Shown here: in pieces, positions 37,334-45,129 of the stretch
How the letters are laid out: every line of letters begins with the position of its first letter
Numbering within the stretch: position 1 is the first letter of the stretch
NCBI GenBank assembly: GCA_963662465.1
Contig: OY759599.1
Location: 7,328,001 to 7,392,000 of the forward strand
Source: Desulfatiglandales bacterium
GTDB taxonomy: Bacteria; Desulfobacterota; DSM-4660; Desulfatiglandales; Desulfatiglandaceae
Length of the DNA stretch: 64,000 nucleotides
Reading direction: 5' to 3'
The notes under the pieces: model-generated
What the model saw: the letters and a program-made list of their open reading frames with translations, nothing else
Told to the model about the DNA's origin: nothing
The model's database searches: none
Position numbers and translations under genes: made by a program

Positions 37334-38976
37334 TTGAGACAGGCATAGAAGAGATTAATGTTGACGATTTGATGAAAAAAATTAAAACTGAGGTAAGGAA
37401 AAGGAAATTACGGACCGAAATGCCTGAACAAACTCATCCCGGTCCTTTTCCGAGGATGGAATTGGGAAATCAGATTAAGCCCGGGCATTCTAATGTAGGC
37501 CTTTCAGATCACTCAGAACCATTTCAGGATAAACCGGATGGTTATCAAATGGATGACTTTCTGAAATATCATCATAGGGATTTTGTTATTAACGCCTATC
37601 GTGGTATCCTCAAAAGGTCCCCTGACTCAGAAGGATTCGATCATTTTTTAAGGGATTTCCAATCTGCAAAAATGACGAAAGCCGAGCTTTTGGGCCGGCT
37701 GCGTTTTTCCCCGGAAGGACGTTCAAAGAAGGTGAAGGTGAAGGGGCTGGCGGTTCAGTTTGGCATTCAGCTGTTGTTCCGAATTCCGGTCTTAGGGTAT
37801 CTCTTTCGATTGGTAGTGGGGATACTTAATCTCCCTACGTTTTTCTGCAACTTTCAGAAACTGGAAGCGAGTATGGCTGTCCAACTAAACGATCAGCGGA
37901 ATCAAGGCAATGATATCCTCAATAGGATGCAGGATATGACACATGCGCAACGGGAGTTTGGGCAAGAGTTGGCAGAAAAGGCAGGTATTGGAGATTTGGA
38001 AGACCTGGTGGAACTTAAGGTCGATATGGCGCATGCACAACAGCAGTTTGGGCAAGAGTTGGCAGAAAAGGCAGGTATTAAAGACTTGGCAGAAAAGGCA
38101 GGTATTAAAGACTTGGAAGACCTGGCGGAGTTGAAGGCAGACCGAACAGAAATTGCCGAATTGCTTGACAGTCAGGTCCTTTGTCAACTGAGAGACCTTA
38201 AATTAATGATTATTGATCAGGAAAGGCGGTTGAAACTCCTTTTGGAAGAAGCGCGTAAAAGATTTCCTGCGCCGATTGAGGGGGATCAGGTTGGGATCAT
38301 GCTGAATGAAGAAGACCATATTTATGATGCCATGTACGTATCCTTTGAAGATCAAATGCGAGGGACCCGGAAAGACATAAAGGATCGGCAGAAGGTCTAT
38401 TTGCCTTTTGTCGAAGCCGCAAATGCGGGAACTGAGTTATATCCCGTAATTGATCTGGGTTGTGGTCGTGGTGAGTGGCTGGAGCTTCTCGGCGAAAACG
38501 GTTTTTTTGCCAAGGGTGTGGAAATGAATCATGTGATGGGGCAAACGTGCCGTGATTTAGGTCTTGATATTGTAAATGAAGATGCCATCAGGTTTCTGAA
38601 AAGACAGAAGAGCAATGCTTTCGGCGCTATTACGGGATTTCATATTGTAGAACATCTGGGTCTAAACAGGATGATTGCGCTTTTTGATGAGACGTTTCGA
38701 GTGTTGAAGTCGGGGGGAGTGGCTATTTTTGAAACACCCAATCCGGAAAATATAATTGTAGGAAGTTGTGATTTCTATGTCGACCCAACCCACAAGAACC
38801 CCATTCCACCAAAGACTTTACAATATGTCCTTGAGTATAGAGGATTTGTTGATCCTCAGATCTTACGCTCCACCCCTATGAATTTTATCAAAGGGAAAAC
38901 GGATGGTGCTATCGAAGATTTGATCTATCGGTTTAATATGGGGCAGGATTATGCCGTTATTGCTAGAAAGGTCTGA
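37330..38976 (+). CDS. SAM methyltransferase with DUF4214-like N-terminal domain and coiled coil (putative glycan terminator)
   Basis: AYRGILKRSPD, DLGCGRGEWLE, FHIVEHL, ETPNP, DPTH. Confidence 0.88.
   Translation: MIETGIEEINVDDLMKKIKTEVRKRKLRTEMPEQTHPGPFPRMELGNQIKPGHSNVGLSDHSEPFQDKPDGYQMDDFLKYHHRDFVINAYRGILKRSPDSEGFDHFLRDFQSAKMTKAELLGRLRFSPEGRSKKVKVKGLAVQFGIQLLFRIPVLGYLFRLVVGILNLPTFFCNFQKLEASMAVQLNDQRNQGNDILNRMQDMTHAQREFGQELAEKAGIGDLEDLVELKVDMAHAQQQFGQELAEKAGIKDLAEKAGIKDLEDLAELKADRTEIAELLDSQVLCQLRDLKLMIIDQERRLKLLLEEARKRFPAPIEGDQVGIMLNEEDHIYDAMYVSFEDQMRGTRKDIKDRQKVYLPFVEAANAGTELYPVIDLGCGRGEWLELLGENGFFAKGVEMNHVMGQTCRDLGLDIVNEDAIRFLKRQKSNAFGAITGFHIVEHLGLNRMIALFDETFRVLKSGGVAIFETPNPENIIVGSCDFYVDPTHKNPIPPKTLQYVLEYRGFVDPQILRSTPMNFIKGKTDGAIEDLIYRFNMGQDYAVIARKV
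37933..38142 (+). repeat. In-frame 90-nt duplication plus an exact 27-nt tandem duplication
   Basis: TTGGCAGAAAAGGCAGGTATTAAAGAC at 38059-38085 and 38086-38112; DMxHAQxxFGQELAEKAGI occurs twice. Confidence 0.9.
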
Positions 38977-39039
38977 TATTTCATTAAAACACTGATTTTT
39001 CTTATGCTAGCATATCTATTTGTTAAAAATTAGGTTTGT

Positions 39040-40140
39040 TTGTATTCCTATTCTGGAGAGAATTTGCGAAGCATACATCAACTATTACCCGATCTTGTTT
39101 ATGGTGATGCCATTTCGCACTATGCCATCACCATAAAAAAATATCTAAGAGGGCTGGGCTACAAATCCGAAATCCTGGCTAGTCGATGTTACGATGAAGG
39201 CGTTATTAAGGAAGGGAAACTGTTCCGGAAAAATCTTCTAAAAAAAGACGACGGCATTCTTTATCATCATTCCATCGGTTCAGAACTCACGCCTATTGCA
39301 GCCAAACATTCCGGTCCAAAATGTTTGCTTTATCATAATATAACGCCAGCTGAATTCTTTGAGCCTTTCAGACCTGATTTTGCCAACGTCCTGAGACAGG
39401 GTCGATCCCAATTAAGAGAGATTGCGCCGAATTTTCTTTTGTCTTCGGGTGATTCAGTATATAATGCTTCCGAACTCAGGACGATGGGCTTCAGGGATCC
39501 CTTTGTTTTATCAATTCCGGTTTTTACGGATAAATGGACCCGTCCACCCGATTCATACATGATGCATCTCCTGCAAGATGGGAGAGCTAACCTGATTTTT
39601 GTTGGAAGGATAGTGCCCAATAAATGTCAGCATGATCTTGTTCACGCCTTTGCAGAATATCTATCAATGGACCCAAACGCACGTTTGATTATGGTAGGGG
39701 ACAATTTGCCTGATGATCCTTACTATGGATATTTGATGGATACCATTCAAAGATATGGTTTATCGCAATACATTGCTTTAACGGGGAAAATAACCGATGC
39801 GGAACTTCACGCTTGCTATAAAACGGCCAGTCTCTTTTGGTCAATGAGCGAACACGAAGGGTTCTGTGTTCCCTTAGTCGAAGCCATGTATTTTGATGTC
39901 CCTGTTTTGGCTTATAAGAGTTCCGCTATACCGGAGACGCTTGAGAAAGCGGGAGTCATGTTTACGAGTAAGAAAGACCTCGTTTCTGTTGCCGCGCTTG
40001 CAAAACTTTTGGTGAGAGATGAAGACCTTAGAAAACGTGTATTGCGGGCACAGCGAAAAAGAAGAGGGGTTTTTTCCCCTGAGGAAGTTTTGCCCAAGTT
40101 GAATTGGCTTGTTCAAAGAATGGAAAATGAATTTACATAG
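39040..40140 (+). CDS. Glycosyltransferase family 4
   Basis: GDAIS, YHNITP, FVGRIVPNK, SEHEGFCVPLVEAM. Confidence 0.9.
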   Translation: MYSYSGENLRSIHQLLPDLVYGDAISHYAITIKKYLRGLGYKSEILASRCYDEGVIKEGKLFRKNLLKKDDGILYHHSIGSELTPIAAKHSGPKCLLYHNITPAEFFEPFRPDFANVLRQGRSQLREIAPNFLLSSGDSVYNASELRTMGFRDPFVLSIPVFTDKWTRPPDSYMMHLLQDGRANLIFVGRIVPNKCQHDLVHAFAEYLSMDPNARLIMVGDNLPDDPYYGYLMDTIQRYGLSQYIALTGKITDAELHACYKTASLFWSMSEHEGFCVPLVEAMYFDVPVLAYKSSAIPETLEKAGVMFTSKKDLVSVAALAKLLVRDEDLRKRVLRAQRKRRGVFSPEEVLPKLNWLVQRMENEFT

Positions 40141-40187
40141 GAACCGACTATTGCGGTTGGGCCATTATTGCTAAATCTGAAATTTTT

Positions 40188-41375
40188 ATGAAAAGAGTTG
40201 CTTTTATAGTCCAGAGGTGTGGTCGTGAAGTGAACGGAGGATCCGAGGCCCTTTGCCTTCAGATTGCCCAACATATGGCAAAGTATTGGGATACGGAGGT
40301 TCTAACTACTTGCGCTTTAGACAATTACATGACATGGGAGAATCAATACCCACCTGGAATTGAGCGCGTTGGTGGAATTGGGATTAATCGGTTTTCCGTG
40401 GATCAGCCAAGGGATGTGGATGAATTTAACCGGATATCGGATAAGATCCGCAGTCGCTTACCACATGTCAGTTTAACTGATCAGGAAAATTGGATGCGTG
40501 CACAAGGACCTGTCTCCTCGGATTTGATCCATTTCATCAAAGATCATACGAATGATTATGATGCTCTTGTTTTTTTCACCTATCTCTATGCCACAACCTA
40601 TTTTGGGCTGCCCCTTGTCCGGGAAAAAGCGTTTCTGGTGCCTGCCGGCCATGACGAATGGCCCATTTATCTGAGCATGTGGGATGACTTTTTTTTAAAG
40701 CCAAAGGGCTTTATGTTCCTTACGCTTGAAGAAAAATCATTCCTCCAGTCACGCTTCCCGAACGCTGCTCTGGAGGGCCCCATAAGCGGTATCGGCGTGG
40801 ATGTGCCCATGTTTTGTGATCCGGATCGTTTTATTAGGAATTATAGCATTGGTGAGCCGTTCTTGCTCTATATGGGAAGGATTGATCCTTCAAAAGGATG
40901 CGAGGAGCTGTTTGGCTTTTTTAAAAACCTAAAGAAAAGATTTGATTCCAATATCAAACTCGTGCTGCTTGGAAAACCGGCCATGGCTATTCCAGAACAC
41001 CCGGATATCATATCTTTGGGGTATGTGGATGAACAAACCAAGTTCGATGCTTTGGCTGCCTGCGATTGGCTTGTGAATCCTTCACACTATGAAAGCCTTT
41101 CCATCGTTTTGTTGGAAGCGTGGAGTGTTGGAACCCCTGTTCTGGTGACAGACAAGGCCAAGGTTCTTGTGGGGCAATGCAAACGGTCAAATGGGGGATT
41201 ATGGTATCATGGGTTGGAAGATTTCACTTACATTATTTTAAACACGGGAAAGGAAACAAGGAATATCCTTGGGAAACAGGGAAGAACTTTTGTGGCGAAT
41301 AATTATAGTTGGCATAGCATAGAACAGAAGTATCTTATGCTGTTAGAGGACACACTGAGCGATGCTCAGTCATAA
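40188..41375 (+). CDS. Glycosyltransferase family 4
   Basis: VQRCG.EVNGGSE, GRIDPSKG, ESLSIVLLEAW. Confidence 0.9.
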   Translation: MKRVAFIVQRCGREVNGGSEALCLQIAQHMAKYWDTEVLTTCALDNYMTWENQYPPGIERVGGIGINRFSVDQPRDVDEFNRISDKIRSRLPHVSLTDQENWMRAQGPVSSDLIHFIKDHTNDYDALVFFTYLYATTYFGLPLVREKAFLVPAGHDEWPIYLSMWDDFFLKPKGFMFLTLEEKSFLQSRFPNAALEGPISGIGVDVPMFCDPDRFIRNYSIGEPFLLYMGRIDPSKGCEELFGFFKNLKKRFDSNIKLVLLGKPAMAIPEHPDIISLGYVDEQTKFDALAACDWLVNPSHYESLSIVLLEAWSVGTPVLVTDKAKVLVGQCKRSNGGLWYHGLEDFTYIILNTGKETRNILGKQGRTFVANNYSWHSIEQKYLMLLEDTLSDAQS

Positions 41376-41382
41376 TTTTCAG

Positions 41383-41410
41383 TTGACAAGTACGTTCGGT
41401 GGGATAATAT
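41383..41410 (+). promoter_or_regulatory. Possible sigma70 promoter for the secreted-protein gene
   Basis: TTGACA-16 nt-TAATAT. Confidence 0.4.
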
Positions 41411-41474
41411 CCTTCCGTTTAACCTTGAACGAAGGTCCTTAAAATCAGTTCCCATTGGGAACAGGGGGGTACAG

Positions 41475-42638
41475 ATGGTGCATATTCAATCCATGTTTTT
41501 TTTGTTTGTTGCAATGGTTACATTTTTATTCGGTGGGGCGGCCGCGCAAGCCGACGATTTCTATTTTATGGAATCCGATGGTATTGTTTCTATGGAGGCG
41601 GAAAACTATTCAAGAAATCAAGGCTATGTTTTTAGTGACAGCAGCACCATCAATACAGGCGTCCGTGTTATGCCTGCCGAAGGGTTTTCCGGTCAAGGGT
41701 ATATGGCATCAAACAATGCCGGAGTGAAAATATCTTACGACATCGAATTTACAAAAACCGGTGCTTATTATGTGAATTTGCGATCGTGGTCGGATCTTGA
41801 GGATTACAGTGGGAGTCATCAAAACGGTTACTGTGCGCAGTTTGATGGCTCGGCTTTAGTTGGCGCTTGTCCGGATTATGGATTATATGTGCTGAAAAGA
41901 GCCAGATGGGAATGGGTTACAAAGGAACAATATGTGTGGTCCCCACCGGTGGGGGGAGCGGTCACGCTGAATGTCAATGCTCCGGGGAAACATACGTTTT
42001 CCCTCTCGCCCAAAAAGGAAAAGACGGTTTGGTTTGATAAGATTGTTTTAATCCACACAAGCCTTTGCAATAATGTCAATTTTGATGGATGTTCCACCGG
42101 CACGGGACCAGCGGAAAGTGAGCGGACAGACGGCCCAAAGGGGGCGGCGCCGACGGCAACGACCGGGCCTGCAAGCCTTATAGCTTCAACCCGTGCCACT
42201 TTGAACGGTACTGTGAACGCCAATGACGCGTTATCAACGGTAGATTTTGAATATGGAACTACCACGAATTATGGCAATACGGTTTCTGCGGCTCAGAGTC
42301 CGGTATCCGGAACAAGTGATGTGGATGTAAGCGGCGAAATTACCGGTGTCAGTCCCGCGACAACCTACCACTATCGGGTTAAAGCCGTAAATGATTATGG
42401 TACGGGTATTGGAGATGATCAGACTTTTTTGACCACATGTTCGGGGGATGCTGTTGTTATTCAGAATGTTACATTCGTAGCGGGAACCACAACCGAATGT
42501 GTGGGCTCCGCCTCCATTACCATTGGTCCGGGAGTGACCATTGAAGACAATGCCAATGTCACTTTTAAGGCACCCATTGTAACCGGTACGGATACTGTGA
42601 ATATTGTGGAAGGTGCCGAGGTCAGGATAATCCAATAA
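41475..42638 (+). CDS. Secreted protein: CBM-like beta-sandwich, FN3-like domain and beta-rich C-terminal domain
   Basis: Signal peptide (AAAQA); MEAENY; ATLNGTVN...FEYGTTTNYG...TTYHYRVKAVN. Confidence 0.75.
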   Translation: MVHIQSMFFLFVAMVTFLFGGAAAQADDFYFMESDGIVSMEAENYSRNQGYVFSDSSTINTGVRVMPAEGFSGQGYMASNNAGVKISYDIEFTKTGAYYVNLRSWSDLEDYSGSHQNGYCAQFDGSALVGACPDYGLYVLKRARWEWVTKEQYVWSPPVGGAVTLNVNAPGKHTFSLSPKKEKTVWFDKIVLIHTSLCNNVNFDGCSTGTGPAESERTDGPKGAAPTATTGPASLIASTRATLNGTVNANDALSTVDFEYGTTTNYGNTVSAAQSPVSGTSDVDVSGEITGVSPATTYHYRVKAVNDYGTGIGDDQTFLTTCSGDAVVIQNVTFVAGTTTECVGSASITIGPGVTIEDNANVTFKAPIVTGTDTVNIVEGAEVRIIQ

Positions 42639-42693
42639 ACCAGCGTTGCTGGAGATTTTACACGCTTTTTTTAGAAGCTTTTTAACGAAAGAG

Positions 42694-42726
42694 GCGCATT
42701 CCTTGATCTGAAAATGCGCTTTTTTT
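42694..42726 (+). terminator. Intrinsic terminator
   Basis: GCGCATT/AATGCGC stem followed by T7. Confidence 0.6.
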
Positions 42727-42762
42727 GCTCAATGTGCTTTTGGCAAGTAATGGAAGTATTCG

Positions 42763-43902
42763 ATGAACACAATGGACAAAATGTCAGGCTCTGAAAAAGG
42801 AATTGAGAATCTTGGCGTCGAGATTACAAACCCTTGTACATTTTTTTCATTGGATCGGAAGATAAGAATCATTGTTCTTAAGTTGGATCAACTGGGGGAT
42901 TTTATCCTTGCCATTCCCGCGCTTGCCCGATTGAGTGAAAAATTTAAAGGCGCGGCAATCGACATTATCGTTGGAGACTGGAACATTCAACTGGCGGAAG
43001 AGCTGAAAATATTCAGAAATATATATGCTTATGATCTGCCGGAAAAAGAGTGGACTGGAACTCCAGATGAACAAAAATCCCTTGAAGATGATCTTTTAAA
43101 ACATTTGGATCAATATGATATTGCAATAGATTTAAGGCGGCACGGAAATACTCGATTCATTCTTTCAAAGATTTCCTCCCGGCTCAAGGTGGGATACCGA
43201 AGTTTTAAAGAATTTGATGGAGATTTGGATATTTGCCTTCACGCTGAATTGGACGAGATGGATATCATTAAGCGTCCGGATAGAGGCTCGATGGCCGTTC
43301 AGTTGCTTGATCTTGTTGAGGCCATACCGGGGCAATCGATTCTGTTGCCTGAGTTGGGAGCTTTGGCTGTATCCGGGAACAAGATCGCTTTTTTTCCAAA
43401 GGCCGGAAATGAGGTCAAAGAATGGCCACTGAAATATTATCTGACGTTGGCAAAAAGGATTAATGAAGAGAATATTGCAGAGGGCATAAATTTTTATTTG
43501 GGATCCTCCGATGGTGAGATCGCCGACCTCTTGGAAGGTGTAGGGAATTCAAGTATTCACGTTGGCCTTGGCATTAAGGAATTGGTGAAATCGTTGTCTG
43601 AAAATTCGCTCACCGTTACCAATGATTCTTTCGGCGCCCATTTGTCCTCTTATTTAGGTCTCCCCACGGTGGTTGTGTTTAGCGGACGCGATGATGTCAG
43701 GGAATGGCATCCCCCTTTTGGAAATACCACCATGATTTATTCCCGTGTAAGCTGTTCCCCGTGCCATTTAACGGAAATTTCACAGTGCCCGAATCATTTG
43801 GTTTGTTTAAATCAGATTTCTGTAAAATCCGTATTTGGCACGATTTTAAAAATTCGCGGAAAGGGTTTTCAACCCAGAAGGATATCTTTCCTTCCCCGAT
43901 GA
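42763..43902 (+). CDS. Glycosyltransferase family 9 (heptosyltransferase-like)
   Basis: KLDQLGDFIL, KEWP, TNDSFGAHL, CSPC...C...C. Confidence 0.88.
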   Translation: MNTMDKMSGSEKGIENLGVEITNPCTFFSLDRKIRIIVLKLDQLGDFILAIPALARLSEKFKGAAIDIIVGDWNIQLAEELKIFRNIYAYDLPEKEWTGTPDEQKSLEDDLLKHLDQYDIAIDLRRHGNTRFILSKISSRLKVGYRSFKEFDGDLDICLHAELDEMDIIKRPDRGSMAVQLLDLVEAIPGQSILLPELGALAVSGNKIAFFPKAGNEVKEWPLKYYLTLAKRINEENIAEGINFYLGSSDGEIADLLEGVGNSSIHVGLGIKELVKSLSENSLTVTNDSFGAHLSSYLGLPTVVVFSGRDDVREWHPPFGNTTMIYSRVSCSPCHLTEISQCPNHLVCLNQISVKSVFGTILKIRGKGFQPRRISFLPR

Positions 43903-43923
43903 ATTGTGTTCATGATGGCGTAA

Positions 43924-45129
43924 ATGTTGGAAAATACCAAACCAAAAATTGCCTTTATCGTCCAACGCTATGGGTCCGATGTTGTTGGTGGTGCTGAAAC
44001 TCTGTGCCGAATTTTAGCTGAACAAATGGTTCAATATTGGGATATTGAAGTTCTGACGACTTGTGCCAGAGATTATGTAAGACGTTTTGAGAATGATTAC
44101 GAATCGGGGAAGACAGCGATTAATGGTGTTTCTGTGAGGCGGTTTGCGATAGACCACTACCGGAGCGATGATCACACTTTTTCAAGCTTGGATCGTAAAG
44201 TCCTTAGACGGGAATCATCCGCCGATGAAGAACTGCTATGGTTAAAGGAAATAGGCCCATATTCTTCTACCTTGATTTCTTATGTTTCGCGCCATGATTG
44301 CGAGTATGATCTTTTCTTTTTTTTCACTTATCTATATGCCACGACAACTTTGATCCTTCCACTGGTTTCCAGTAAATCGTTTTTGATACCGACTGTTCAT
44401 GATGAGCCTCCCCTCCATGCTCGTTTTTTCGATGATTTTTTTAACTTACCCCGTGCTGTTTTTTTCTTGACTGAGGAAGAGCGACAGGTTCTTCAAAAAC
44501 GGGCTGGAATTGATGGCCTTAAATGTGTGGTGACAGGTGTCGGGATTCATCCTCCCCAAGGTTTGTCTCCTCATGTATTCCGTAGAGAATTTAAAATGGA
44601 ATCCTCATTTTTTTTGTATGTCGGAAGGATCCAAAAACAAAAAGGTTGTGATGAGCTTTTTGAATTTTATCTGTCTCTTCCGGAGTCAATAAAAAAGGTC
44701 TATCCGCTGATCCTTGTAGGAAAAAGTGCAATGGAGATCCCGAAGAGCCGATATATTCGGCATATCGGCTTCGTGAGTGAAGGGATGAAATGTAATGCAC
44801 TGGCTGCGGCGAGTTTGCTCATCATGCCTTCCAGAATGGAGAGCCTTAACATGGTTGTGCTTGAATCATGGCTTTGTGGAACAGCTGTGCTTGTAAACGG
44901 TTCTTGTGATGTGCTTCGCGAGCATTGCAGACGAAGCAACGGCGGACTCTGGTATACGGATTTTCATGAATTTGAGCAGTGTATAAGGTTGATGGCTGGA
45001 AACCGGGTTTTGTCATCCGCTTTGGCGAATAATGGTAAAAAATATGTACTGAATAATTACAATTGGGGAGTGGTAACGGATCAATATCTAGAAGTTATCA
45101 GGGGATTTTTAAATGGCTCCCGGCAATAA
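43924..45129 (+). CDS. Glycosyltransferase family 4 (paralog of 40188-41375)
   Basis: VQRYG.DVVGGAE, FFTYLYATT, ESLNMVVLESW. Confidence 0.9.
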   Translation: MLENTKPKIAFIVQRYGSDVVGGAETLCRILAEQMVQYWDIEVLTTCARDYVRRFENDYESGKTAINGVSVRRFAIDHYRSDDHTFSSLDRKVLRRESSADEELLWLKEIGPYSSTLISYVSRHDCEYDLFFFFTYLYATTTLILPLVSSKSFLIPTVHDEPPLHARFFDDFFNLPRAVFFLTEEERQVLQKRAGIDGLKCVVTGVGIHPPQGLSPHVFRREFKMESSFFLYVGRIQKQKGCDELFEFYLSLPESIKKVYPLILVGKSAMEIPKSRYIRHIGFVSEGMKCNALAAASLLIMPSRMESLNMVVLESWLCGTAVLVNGSCDVLREHCRRSNGGLWYTDFHEFEQCIRLMAGNRVLSSALANNGKKYVLNNYNWGVVTDQYLEVIRGFLNGSRQ

